This document shows positions 48,848 through 56,361 of a stretch of DNA of 64,000 nucleotides, piece after piece. Both the position numbers and the translations under genes were made by a program. The stretch is taken from the IMG/VR virus record IMGVR_UViG_3300025150_000003, positions 96,001 through 160,000 of that record. One strand, written 5' to 3'. How positions within the stretch are numbered: position 1 is the stretch's first letter; each line of letters opens with the position of its first letter. Source of the DNA: a virus. The notes under the pieces were generated by a model that had not been told where the DNA came from, searched no databases, and saw nothing but the letters and a program-made list of their open reading frames with translations.

Positions 48848-48877
48848 GGCTCAACTCTGTGAGACCACCCGTAGTAG
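48848..48877 (+). promoter_or_regulatory. Promoter-like motif GGCTCAACT-N13-CGTAGTAG, copy 1
   Basis: Exact match to the other three copies; ATG follows 5 nt downstream at 48883. Confidence 0.85.
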
Positions 48878-48882
48878 GTTTC

Positions 48883-49113
48883 ATGGAGAAGGATCACTAC
48901 ATCTCGGATCTTGCCCACATCATCACCGGGCTAGGAGCCCGTGAGGAGCGTGCGCTGGAAACCATCCGCACGATGGACCGGCAGCCCACCCTCATCGAGG
49001 ATGCTACACATGTAGCCCGACTGTATGCCCTGCGCAGTGTTCGATTTGAACTCGAAGAGATGAAAGCTGCCTGGGTCAACGACCACCCGAAGTTCAAGGT
49101 TCAGAATCTATGA
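48883..49113 (+). CDS. Hypothetical protein (76 aa), probably leaderless
   Basis: Start moved to ATG 48883 (MEKDHY), just after the promoter motif; ATGA overlap with the next gene. Confidence 0.65.
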   Translation: MEKDHYISDLAHIITGLGAREERALETIRTMDRQPTLIEDATHVARLYALRSVRFELEEMKAAWVNDHPKFKVQNL

Positions 49114-50201
49114 ATCACCTACCGGACTGCCCTTGTGGGGCAAACGACTGGCAGGGAGCCGGAGGGCACTACAGCCCCAACGGCCAATACTACGGTCGCA
49201 CCTGTGGCCGATGTGGGAAGGACCTCCACAACATCGGCCGTGATGGTTGGTGGCTCTTGTTCATCCACCCCACGACCCAGCGAGAGGTGCTAGAAGACTA
49301 CGCCAACACCTCCCTGGCCATCCAGGCCCGAGCCTATGCGGCCAAATGGAAGGCTGTGAACAAGGCGCATCAGAAGGTCCTGTTCGATGCCCTCTGCCGG
49401 GAATGGGGGCTGGCCCCCGAGAAGGGTGTGGAGTGGCATCCGCTGGAGACCAAGTACGACACGGGTCTCGGCTACGAGACCTGGGACTTCGACTACCTGG
49501 ACAACGAGGGCAACCGCCTCGATCTCGATGCTCATGCGTTCCGTGAGGCGTGCCACACCCTATGGGATGCCAACCCGGAGCACCCAAGCATGGTCCGGGC
49601 TCCTGACCCCATCAACGTGCCCGATGGCATCACCGCCTATGTGAGCCGTAACAAGATCTGGGATCTCGTCCCCCTACAGGCTGGCCTCCAGCCCATCCCC
49701 CTGGACCCCCTACGCCAAGGGTGGATCACCTACTGGGGGAGGGTCTGGAGTCTCCTGAAGGAAGCCACAGGCATCACTGTGGCCCCCGAGGAAGTACCCA
49801 ACGAGTACAGCAAGGATCCCACCAACGCGGAGCCTTGGTGGAAATTCACCATCGGTCGTGGTGAGTTTCTCGTTGGTCCCCGGCATCGTGTTGTCAACAT
49901 CGAAGTCTCGTCCGAGACTCCGTTCCCCACGGCCACCCTCCGTGCCCTGGCGGGCGCAGACAAGGTCACCTTCACGGCTCAGCGCCCCTGGGAGCAAGAG
50001 CTGGAGGAGCGACTCACGAAGCTCCCGCCCGCTCGTGGTGATGGGTTCAAGGCCTGGGAAGAGACGATCACTCGTCTTGCTGCCGAGGCTGCCGAGGCCA
50101 ACCAGGATGCTGCCGATGAGTCCACCAAGATGGTGATCCACGCCTACAGCCAGGCTAAGGTCGTGGAGTACCTCACCCTCGCCATTCAAAGCGTGAGCTG
50201 A
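49110..50201 (+). CDS. Hypothetical protein with N-terminal zinc ribbon (363 aa)
   Basis: CPCG...TCGRCG; coupled to both neighbours. Confidence 0.75.
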   Translation: MNHLPDCPCGANDWQGAGGHYSPNGQYYGRTCGRCGKDLHNIGRDGWWLLFIHPTTQREVLEDYANTSLAIQARAYAAKWKAVNKAHQKVLFDALCREWGLAPEKGVEWHPLETKYDTGLGYETWDFDYLDNEGNRLDLDAHAFREACHTLWDANPEHPSMVRAPDPINVPDGITAYVSRNKIWDLVPLQAGLQPIPLDPLRQGWITYWGRVWSLLKEATGITVAPEEVPNEYSKDPTNAEPWWKFTIGRGEFLVGPRHRVVNIEVSSETPFPTATLRALAGADKVTFTAQRPWEQELEERLTKLPPARGDGFKAWEETITRLAAEAAEANQDAADESTKMVIHAYSQAKVVEYLTLAIQSVS

Positions 50202-51235
50202 TGCCCCCGAGGAAGACCAAGGAGCAGGCTGAGACCAAGCCCACCATCGCCTGGATGACCGGGGCATACGCAGGCTCCGGCGGGTTCCTCCAGCAATGCA
50301 CGGACAAGGTTGTGACCAGGATCAACCATCACGGTGACTACCCCGATCAAGATGGCACGTTCATCGTCACAGACCGGCTCAACGTGTTCCAAGCCTATCC
50401 CATGCTCAACGTCATCTCTGGCGAGAACATGGAGATGTGGCTCACCAAGCAGGAGGTCGAGCAGTACCGGGGCACCCGAGCAGACGACTGGACAGAACCT
50501 CACCCTCGGACTTTTGACCTGGCCACCATTGGCCTTGTCACCCCAACCAAGACAAGGCCAGCACTTCAAGGCTGGGCTGGGTCCTCCATGTATCGGATCG
50601 TTCAAGACAAAGGGGGCCACTGGTGGTACGGGGATGTCACGATACCCCACAAGTTGGCCTACTGGCACCGCTTCAAAGGCAAGAGGGGGACGGATCTTAG
50701 ACTTCCCGAACTACGTTTCCTGTACCCGCACCTGACCTACATGGGGCCGGATTCGGATCATGTCACCGTCTCCCCGTGGGGGGAGAAGAGTCGATCAGAT
50801 CGACTCCTCATCGCGACGTATGAGGTACAGCGCCTTGTGGAGTCACTCAGGATGACGGGGGTCTATTACCCACAAGGGAACGCCCGTTGGAATGTGGAAA
50901 TCGCCGAGAAGGAGTGCAGAACCCTCCGCGACAGTTTGATGGTCAACCTCATTGACAAAGAGGACTCAGCCTCAAAGCTCCTTGAGCACGCTCAGAAGGA
51001 AGCTGAGACTGCCCAAAACGCAGCCCATGAAGCCAAAATGAGGGCAACTCGTCTCGAAGGTGAGTTGAAAGAGCTGCGAGCGATCCCACCTACCGAACGG
51101 GATGCTATCCTCTCCCGCCTTTCCAAGGAAAGGGACGATGCCCTCGAACGTGCCTTGTGGGCAGAAAAAGCCCTAGAGACGGCTCGGGAATGCAACACGG
51201 GCTGGGATTGGAGTCGGGTGCTCGACGAGGACTAG
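50201..51235 (+). CDS. Hypothetical protein with C-terminal coiled coil (344 aa)
   Basis: TGATG overlap with the upstream gene; heptad-rich C-terminus. Confidence 0.75.
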   Translation: MPPRKTKEQAETKPTIAWMTGAYAGSGGFLQQCTDKVVTRINHHGDYPDQDGTFIVTDRLNVFQAYPMLNVISGENMEMWLTKQEVEQYRGTRADDWTEPHPRTFDLATIGLVTPTKTRPALQGWAGSSMYRIVQDKGGHWWYGDVTIPHKLAYWHRFKGKRGTDLRLPELRFLYPHLTYMGPDSDHVTVSPWGEKSRSDRLLIATYEVQRLVESLRMTGVYYPQGNARWNVEIAEKECRTLRDSLMVNLIDKEDSASKLLEHAQKEAETAQNAAHEAKMRATRLEGELKELRAIPPTERDAILSRLSKERDDALERALWAEKALETARECNTGWDWSRVLDED

Positions 51236-51807
51236 AACTTCAAGTCTATCCCAAGCCTGTTACCATTGCGAGCATGAGGCACCGCACAGCACTTCCCGAC
51301 AATCATCGGGGTGGTGATGCCAACCAGGGCCAGCCGAACGTCTGGGTCGTTGCACAGGAACCCATTCTCGCTGACCACGAGGTCCTCGTTGAGGTTGTAG
51401 GTGATGAACCCACCCGTACCATCCCTCAACCCACCAGGGCCAATGGCCACCGTCTCGAAGATACGGAACAAGAATCGACCACCACCAGCCGTGATGGTGA
51501 CGGTAGAGGCCCCTGCACGAGAGCCCTGCTCTGTTCGGAGCTGAACCCCAGTGTAGTTGTTCACCGGACCCGAGAAGGAGCCAGGGTCATAGTCTTCAGA
51601 AGGGAAGGCCAAGAACCCCGTGGCGCTGTTTCCATCGGAGGCTTCCACAACGTACTCATCCACCATGTTCGGTGGTGGGATGTACTTGACCCAGATCCCT
51701 CCCTGCCAGCCTTGGGCACGGAGATTGGGGCCGGCGGTCGCGGGGAACTTATCCCCGTTGATGACCAGAACCACGTCGTCGGTCAGGTTGGTTGTTTGCT
51801 CAGCCAC
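51232..51807 (-). CDS. Hypothetical protein, possibly virion/head-associated (191 aa)
   Basis: GAGGTG RBS; Gly-rich with beta-strand-like sequence; preceded by the same motif as the structural genes. Confidence 0.65.
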   Translation of the reverse strand: MAEQTTNLTDDVVLVINGDKFPATAGPNLRAQGWQGGIWVKYIPPPNMVDEYVVEASDGNSATGFLAFPSEDYDPGSFSGPVNNYTGVQLRTEQGSRAGASTVTITAGGGRFLFRIFETVAIGPGGLRDGTGGFITYNLNEDLVVSENGFLCNDPDVRLALVGITTPMIVGKCCAVPHARNGNRLGIDLKF

Positions 51808-51856
51808 ATCTCACCTCTACCCGAGTAGGGCCAAAGGCAGAAAACCGAACTGAGGG

Positions 51857-51886
51857 GGCTCAACTTGGCGTAGCCATCCGTAGTAG
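51857..51886 (+). promoter_or_regulatory. Promoter-like motif GGCTCAACT-N13-CGTAGTAG, copy 2
   Basis: Exact match; GGAG at 51905-51908 and ATG at 51912. Confidence 0.85.
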
Positions 51887-51911
51887 GTGTGTACAAGGCA
51901 CCACGGAGAAC

Positions 51912-52166
51912 ATGATGTTGAAGGACATGATCGAGTTCAAACGAGAGCAGAACGTCCGCATCGACACTGGGGACGTGGTGTTCGATGGCAAGATCCGAGC
52001 CGTCATCTCGATGAACCGGAAGAACACCAGTGACGAGGATCGCCTCTGTCACAACTACATCGTCGTGAACTACAACGACGGTGAGGTGGACACCGTTGCA
52101 CGTTTCTACCAGCGCCGGTCTGGACACATCTTCAACTCACGAGGCTGGACGCTGGAAGCCGAGTAG
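51912..52166 (+). CDS. Small SH3/KOW-like hypothetical protein
   Basis: Start moved to 51912 (GGAG RBS); FKREQNVRID...GKIRAV...YIVV pattern. Confidence 0.65.
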   Translation: MMLKDMIEFKREQNVRIDTGDVVFDGKIRAVISMNRKNTSDEDRLCHNYIVVNYNDGEVDTVARFYQRRSGHIFNSRGWTLEAE

Positions 52167-52169
52167 TAG

Positions 52170-52199
52170 GGCTCAACTCTGACCAGCCAAGCGTAGTAG
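52170..52199 (+). promoter_or_regulatory. Promoter-like motif GGCTCAACT-N13-CGTAGTAG, copy 3
   Basis: Exact match; ATG follows 4 nt downstream at 52204. Confidence 0.85.
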
Positions 52200-52203
52200 G
52201 TAC

Positions 52204-52458
52204 ATGAAGATCCGACTCACATTCAAGACCCCGGACATCCTGCTCGACACCGCCGAGCAGTACCTCGACAACCCCGAATTCCAGCGCTGGCTCCTTCATG
52301 AGGAGTGGGCCAACCCGGGAGACAAGGATCGCCAGATGCGAGACGCCGCCGAAGATGCTCTGACGGAGAAACTTCAGGGCATCGTCCGTTCAGGTGAGTA
52401 CCTCACCATCGAAGTCGATCTGGACACCAAGACCGCCACCGTCGTGAAGGGAGAGTAA
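52204..52458 (+). CDS. Hypothetical protein (84 aa), probably leaderless
   Basis: MKIRLTFKTPD...GEYLTIEVDLDTKTATV; immediately after the promoter motif. Confidence 0.75.
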   Translation: MKIRLTFKTPDILLDTAEQYLDNPEFQRWLLHEEWANPGDKDRQMRDAAEDALTEKLQGIVRSGEYLTIEVDLDTKTATVVKGE

Positions 52459-52460
52459 CC

Positions 52461-53165
52461 GTGACTGTTCTGACCGCCATCATCGCCATCATCGCCATCC
52501 TGGGGATGGTGATGACCGTACAACTGTCCCGCAAGTACCGGGTCAATGCCGCTGCGTTCACGGCCCAGATCCAGAAGCTCGTGATGGCCAACAGCATCGA
52601 CAGGGCCATCAGGCTCTGCAACGCCGTACAGGAGGCCCCCCTGCCTTCTGCGGTGAAAAGCCTCCTCGTCCGGTCCAACCGCCCCCACGAGCTTCCGCTC
52701 TACTACGAGCAGGAATACGAGGGGCTGACCCAGAAGGCATCCGAGATCAACAACTACAAGGGATGGCATGGCATGGCCGCCTTGGTGGGGAACCTACTTC
52801 TCGTGGGCATCCTCTACTTCGCGACACCTGAGGCTGACAAGGGGGGCACCACGACCTGGCTGGTGGTCTACCTCTCGGCTTCCATCCTCCTCTCAGGCCT
52901 ACTGACCAGCCTCCACCACCACCTGAAGGGGTCGCGGGTGTACCTCCACAAGGTGTACATCATGCTGCTGAACCGCCAGAGCTACACCCCCAAGAGCCAC
53001 GAAGTCCGCCACCTCACTCGACAGGAGATCGAGGCCTGGCAGGCCTCCATGGATGCCTTCAACGCGGACTACAGCACCCGCAAAGCGTCTGGAGCGCCCG
53101 TGGAGAAGGTGGAAGACGAGTACAAGGCCAACGCTGATGACCGTGGCGTCCTCCCGCCCCTCTGA
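52461..53165 (+). CDS. Degenerate MotA/TolQ/ExbB-like three-TM membrane protein
   Basis: TM1, then KYRVNAAAFTAQIQKLVMANSIDRAIRLCNAVQEAPLPSAVKSLLVRSNR, then two more hydrophobic segments. The loop resembles myxobacterial TolQ/ExbB homologues as I recall them. Confidence 0.65.
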   Translation: MTVLTAIIAIIAILGMVMTVQLSRKYRVNAAAFTAQIQKLVMANSIDRAIRLCNAVQEAPLPSAVKSLLVRSNRPHELPLYYEQEYEGLTQKASEINNYKGWHGMAALVGNLLLVGILYFATPEADKGGTTTWLVVYLSASILLSGLLTSLHHHLKGSRVYLHKVYIMLLNRQSYTPKSHEVRHLTRQEIEAWQASMDAFNADYSTRKASGAPVEKVEDEYKANADDRGVLPPL

Positions 53166-53176
53166 ACCAGAAAGAA

Positions 53177-53554
53177 ATGCAGACAAAACTTGAAACAGTA
53201 GAACAGATGCGTACCAGAGCACGGGCAAGCAACCAATCCTGGATGGATTTCGCCGCTTCAATCCATGATGTGGGCTATGCTCTATATCCTCTGGGCAAAG
53301 ACACACTGACCTGGCTGGAACAAGCACGTCCCATCAGGGACGAAACCTGCCCACTCGAACTACGAAAGGCCGTACTACATACCGGGCGGCAAACCTCTCT
53401 CTTCGGAGAAGACATCTACATCGTGGATGGACGGGCCGACCACGTCATCTGGATGAGACACCAAACCTGCAACACCAGTGCCCTACTTCACCGTGGTGAT
53501 GGGCTATATTGTGCCACCTGCCACGCAAGTGTTTCCCAGCAAGAGACCATATAA
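53177..53554 (+). CDS. Hypothetical protein with C-terminal Cys/His cluster (125 aa)
   Basis: HQTC...YCATCH; co-oriented within the cluster. Confidence 0.6.
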   Translation: MQTKLETVEQMRTRARASNQSWMDFAASIHDVGYALYPLGKDTLTWLEQARPIRDETCPLELRKAVLHTGRQTSLFGEDIYIVDGRADHVIWMRHQTCNTSALLHRGDGLYCATCHASVSQQETI

Positions 53555-53585
53555 TCATCTGATTCTCAATCACAGGAGACCACGG

Positions 53586-53900
53586 ATGCCTGTCACACTC
53601 CATTCACCCGAGCAGAAGCCTCCGGTTTACGAGATTGAGGTCGTGGGGGCAGCGGAACTGCTTTCCAGAGCCCAGATCGAAGACCTGAGTCGGAGACTCG
53701 GAGAGTTCCTGGGGATTCCCGATGCCACCCTGCTCTCCCCACAAGCCCGAGCCTATCTTGATGCCCTTATGGATGTCGTCCACCAAGAAGCCGAAGAAGT
53801 CGCCTGGCTCGGCAAACGACGATTCGACTCTGATGCCGTCGCCTACCACGCCAGGAGACTCATCAAACACCTGGACGCTGAAACCAAGAAAAGAGAGTAG
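53586..53900 (+). CDS. Hypothetical protein (104 aa)
   Basis: Start moved to ATG 53586, which has AGGAG upstream. Confidence 0.6.
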   Translation: MPVTLHSPEQKPPVYEIEVVGAAELLSRAQIEDLSRRLGEFLGIPDATLLSPQARAYLDALMDVVHQEAEEVAWLGKRRFDSDAVAYHARRLIKHLDAETKKRE

Positions 53901-53912
53901 TCAATCGGTGTA

Positions 53913-54067
53913 CCACATCATACGTGGATTCATCAGAATCCGTTCAGTGCTACCTGCCTGTTCAGTGTTTTGTGACCCCCGCCATTTCATTGGTCAGAGG
54001 CAGGTTTTGACCCTAGTGCGGAGAGAGCCCACCATCTGGCCCGACTACTGAACAACTTTGGTAGCGC
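53913..54067. ncRNA. Candidate structured RNA with two alternative folds
   Basis: Intergenic; three 8-bp helices (53947-54/54060-67, 53959-66/54047-54, 53952-59/53998-54005) plus smaller hairpins. Confidence 0.45.
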
Positions 54068-54071
54068 CAAA

Positions 54072-54101
54072 GGCTCAACTTCCTGAGCCCACCCGTAGTA
54101 G
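54072..54101 (+). promoter_or_regulatory. Promoter-like motif GGCTCAACT-N13-CGTAGTAG, copy 4
   Basis: Exact match; upstream of the gene starting at 54179. Confidence 0.85.
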
Positions 54102-54178
54102 AGTCAGGTGAGTCCTGGTGAACTGGTAGCCAGGGGCAAGGTTCCGCCAACAACGTGATGAACAAGCAGGAGAGTAAG

Positions 54179-54442
54179 ATGGACAAACTAGCCCAAATCA
54201 TTGCAGAGCACCCCACCAAGCGATGGAGGGCTCATACAGGGTTCGTCACCCCGGTGATGTTGCGTGCGGTCTTTGAAGAAGCCAAGACGCGGGACATCAT
54301 CACGGTGGCAGAGGTGCAGGAGATGCCCGACTTCATTGGCACCCTGTTCCTCGCACGCACCACCTGCAAATGGCTGGAGCGGATGGGATTGCTCCGTGAG
54401 AAGAGCGCTTGTAGTGGCAGGTTCAGCCTCGTGAAAGACTAG
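54179..54442 (+). CDS. Small hypothetical protein, possibly winged helix
   Basis: AGGAG RBS before ATG 54179; WLERMGLLREK...GRFSL resembles a wHTH wing. Confidence 0.6.
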   Translation: MDKLAQIIAEHPTKRWRAHTGFVTPVMLRAVFEEAKTRDIITVAEVQEMPDFIGTLFLARTTCKWLERMGLLREKSACSGRFSLVKD

Positions 54443-54458
54443 CCATCAGCACCAAAGC

Positions 54459-54499
54459 AAAGAGGCCCCCGAACGTCTGCTCGGGGGCCTCTTTCTTTT
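54459..54499. terminator. Bidirectional intrinsic terminator
   Basis: aaagaggcccccga (54459-72) / tcgggggcctcttt (54481-94) perfect inverted repeat with T-rich tail, between convergent genes. Confidence 0.85.
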
Positions 54500-54713
54500 C
54501 TAGGACTTCGGGGTCACCCGGCTGATCAAGGTCAGGCCCTCCTCTGGCAACCAGTGCAGGTGGTCCACCTGCACGTAACGGGGGTGCTGCCACAAGTAGT
54601 TCTCACACAGGTACTCAAACCCACCATCCGTCCTGAAACGGGATTCAAGCACTCGATAGTGGAGGGTGCTCTGCCTGCTGAACAGTGTCATTACGCTGAA
54701 ACTTCGGTTTCAT
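54500..54713 (-). pseudogene. Small SH3-like protein gene split by a frameshift
   Basis: ATG 54713 gives MKPKFQRNDTVQQAEH.. and stops at 54645; the +1 frame continues LHYRVLESRFRTDGGFEYLCE...WLPEEGLTL to 54500. Confidence 0.45.
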
Positions 54714-54846
54714 CTTTCAATCCTGGTTACGGTGTCTTCACCATGAGAGTTTCCGGCTCTCGTCGGAGAGTCGTGCGAGGCCGACTCTCCTGGCTCAATA
54801 GTCCCGCAACAAGGTGTCGTTGACACCACTTTGACAAAAAACGTCA

Positions 54847-56259
54847 CTAGGCAGAAACCCGTACCAGCGTGTCCCCCAACCACAACCCACCCGGCTTGAC
54901 TGCCAACACGCCCAGCTCGACCAGACAGCCCTGCAAGTAGGACACGTCCGTGTAGGGCTCGTCCTCCCGCACTTCAAGGTAGATGAGGTCCGGTGCAGAC
55001 TGGATCATCTCCCGCTTGATGCGGTCCCGTTCGATGAGCTTGTCCCACTCAGCACGGTAAGACTCGTCCACCATCCAGGGGTTGGGGAAGGTGTAGTGGA
55101 ACATCCCCTGAAACTCGACGACCAACCCAACGTCAGGGAAGTAGCCGTCAAACCGGAAGCGATGCCCCGTTGGTGGGTTGGTGAACCGCCAGCTCTTCCA
55201 TTCCTCCTCAAAATGCCGCCCGTCTAAAGCCTCCGAAACGGCATCCAAGCAACGCCTCTGAGAGACGTTCCCATGTGCCCAGATCAACCCTAGACGACGA
55301 CATTCCTTCTTGATGGTGATGTTGCTGTACCCCAACCCAGACATCGCCGCCGCAATGCTCACCTTCCCATTCTTCAGCTTGAACTTTTCCAGTTCCTCCA
55401 CCGTGAGGACTACCCGTCGGTCATCGGCCGCCTGCTCGATGTACTTGGGCGTTGCTCTCAGCCCCCACAACTCCAAGTAGGTCTTGAGCGTAGGCCACGC
55501 AACACCCAAACCTGGCATTGCCCTCCGGTGATCTACCGTCCCATCAGGCTCCAAGAAAGGCGTGAAATCCTCTTGGGTCAAACCAAGGGTCTTGGCTTCT
55601 CGGATTTTCTCTCCGAAATCGGGCGGACGAATCAGCCCCTGCAAAGCACTCTTGTCCCTCACAGGACAGTCCAAGGCGACCACCAACGCCTCAGGGTGAC
55701 GCTCCCGATACCCTGAGTGCTCATGCTGTAGGTGACTGGTCAGGTTCTCCGCACGGTAGCCACACTCCAGGCAACGGATGAAGTCCTTCGACTCCTTCTT
55801 GCCCTTCCACCGTGCAACCTCCAGGAGGTTCGCCGTGGAAGCCTTGCATTCCGGGCAAGGAACGACCGAGGAGAGCTTGTGCACCTCGTGCTCCCTCCCA
55901 CAAGAGGGGCACACGATGCTCTTGGTGCCATCGTAAGCATCGGAGGCCACCCGACCCTGTTGGATGGCCTCCCGTCGCTTCTCCGTGACCTTAGAGGGGC
56001 GAATGAGGGCATCCTGGTGCTTGACCCGATAGGCGTCCGCTGTGATGCCGTGGGATGCCTTCAGGTGACGAGCAAGAGTTGCCGCTCGATGCCCGCACTC
56101 AAGGCAACAGACGTAATCCTCACCCTCAACTTTCCCATTCCAACGCTGGTCCTCTTGCCACTCCAAATACTCCGGGTGGGAAGCTGCCTGGTGGCGGAAG
56201 TGAGATGCCAACCCCCGAAGGTTGGCTACCTTGATAGAACAGATGGGGCACAAAACCAC
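54847..56259 (-). CDS. Multi-zinc-finger protein with C-terminal PD-(D/E)XK (Vsr/DUF559-like) nuclease; putative free-standing homing endonuclease
   Basis: One C2H2 finger, two Ros/MucR-like DYVxCLECG..LxxHL fingers, a C4 ribbon, two helical repeats, then RFDGYFPDVGLVVEFQGMFHY...DRIKRE. Confidence 0.8.
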   Translation of the reverse strand: MVLCPICSIKVANLRGLASHFRHQAASHPEYLEWQEDQRWNGKVEGEDYVCCLECGHRAATLARHLKASHGITADAYRVKHQDALIRPSKVTEKRREAIQQGRVASDAYDGTKSIVCPSCGREHEVHKLSSVVPCPECKASTANLLEVARWKGKKESKDFIRCLECGYRAENLTSHLQHEHSGYRERHPEALVVALDCPVRDKSALQGLIRPPDFGEKIREAKTLGLTQEDFTPFLEPDGTVDHRRAMPGLGVAWPTLKTYLELWGLRATPKYIEQAADDRRVVLTVEELEKFKLKNGKVSIAAAMSGLGYSNITIKKECRRLGLIWAHGNVSQRRCLDAVSEALDGRHFEEEWKSWRFTNPPTGHRFRFDGYFPDVGLVVEFQGMFHYTFPNPWMVDESYRAEWDKLIERDRIKREMIQSAPDLIYLEVREDEPYTDVSYLQGCLVELGVLAVKPGGLWLGDTLVRVSA

Positions 56260-56260
56260 G

Positions 56261-56314
56261 AAAACCTCTCAGCGTGGGCCGGTGTTGAGCACCATACCCA
56301 CGCTGAGAGGTTTT
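56261..56314 (-). promoter_or_regulatory. 18-bp hairpin: sheath terminator and/or RBS-sequestering stem
   Basis: aaaacctctcagcgtggg (56261-78) / cccacgctgagaggtttt (56297-314); the 3' arm on the minus strand holds GAGAGG 5 nt before GTG 56259. Confidence 0.8.
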
Positions 56315-56361
56315 ATCTAGTGATGATTCCTATGTGGGTCTAAACCCTAGAAATCATTGGA

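Noticed and set aside
48848-54101. CRISPR-like or guide-RNA array made of the 30-nt repeats
   Set aside because: The copies are 0.3-3 kb apart, separated by whole genes, with the variable part inside the repeat; this is promoter architecture.
54740-54792. Glycine riboswitch or hammerhead ribozyme
   Set aside because: GGAGAG..CCGACG..AAACTCTCA is superficially glycine-like, but GGAGAG is fully paired and CCGAAG and CTCAGG are not intact. The hammerhead GAAA is not correctly placed here or near the CTGATGA at 53936-53930.
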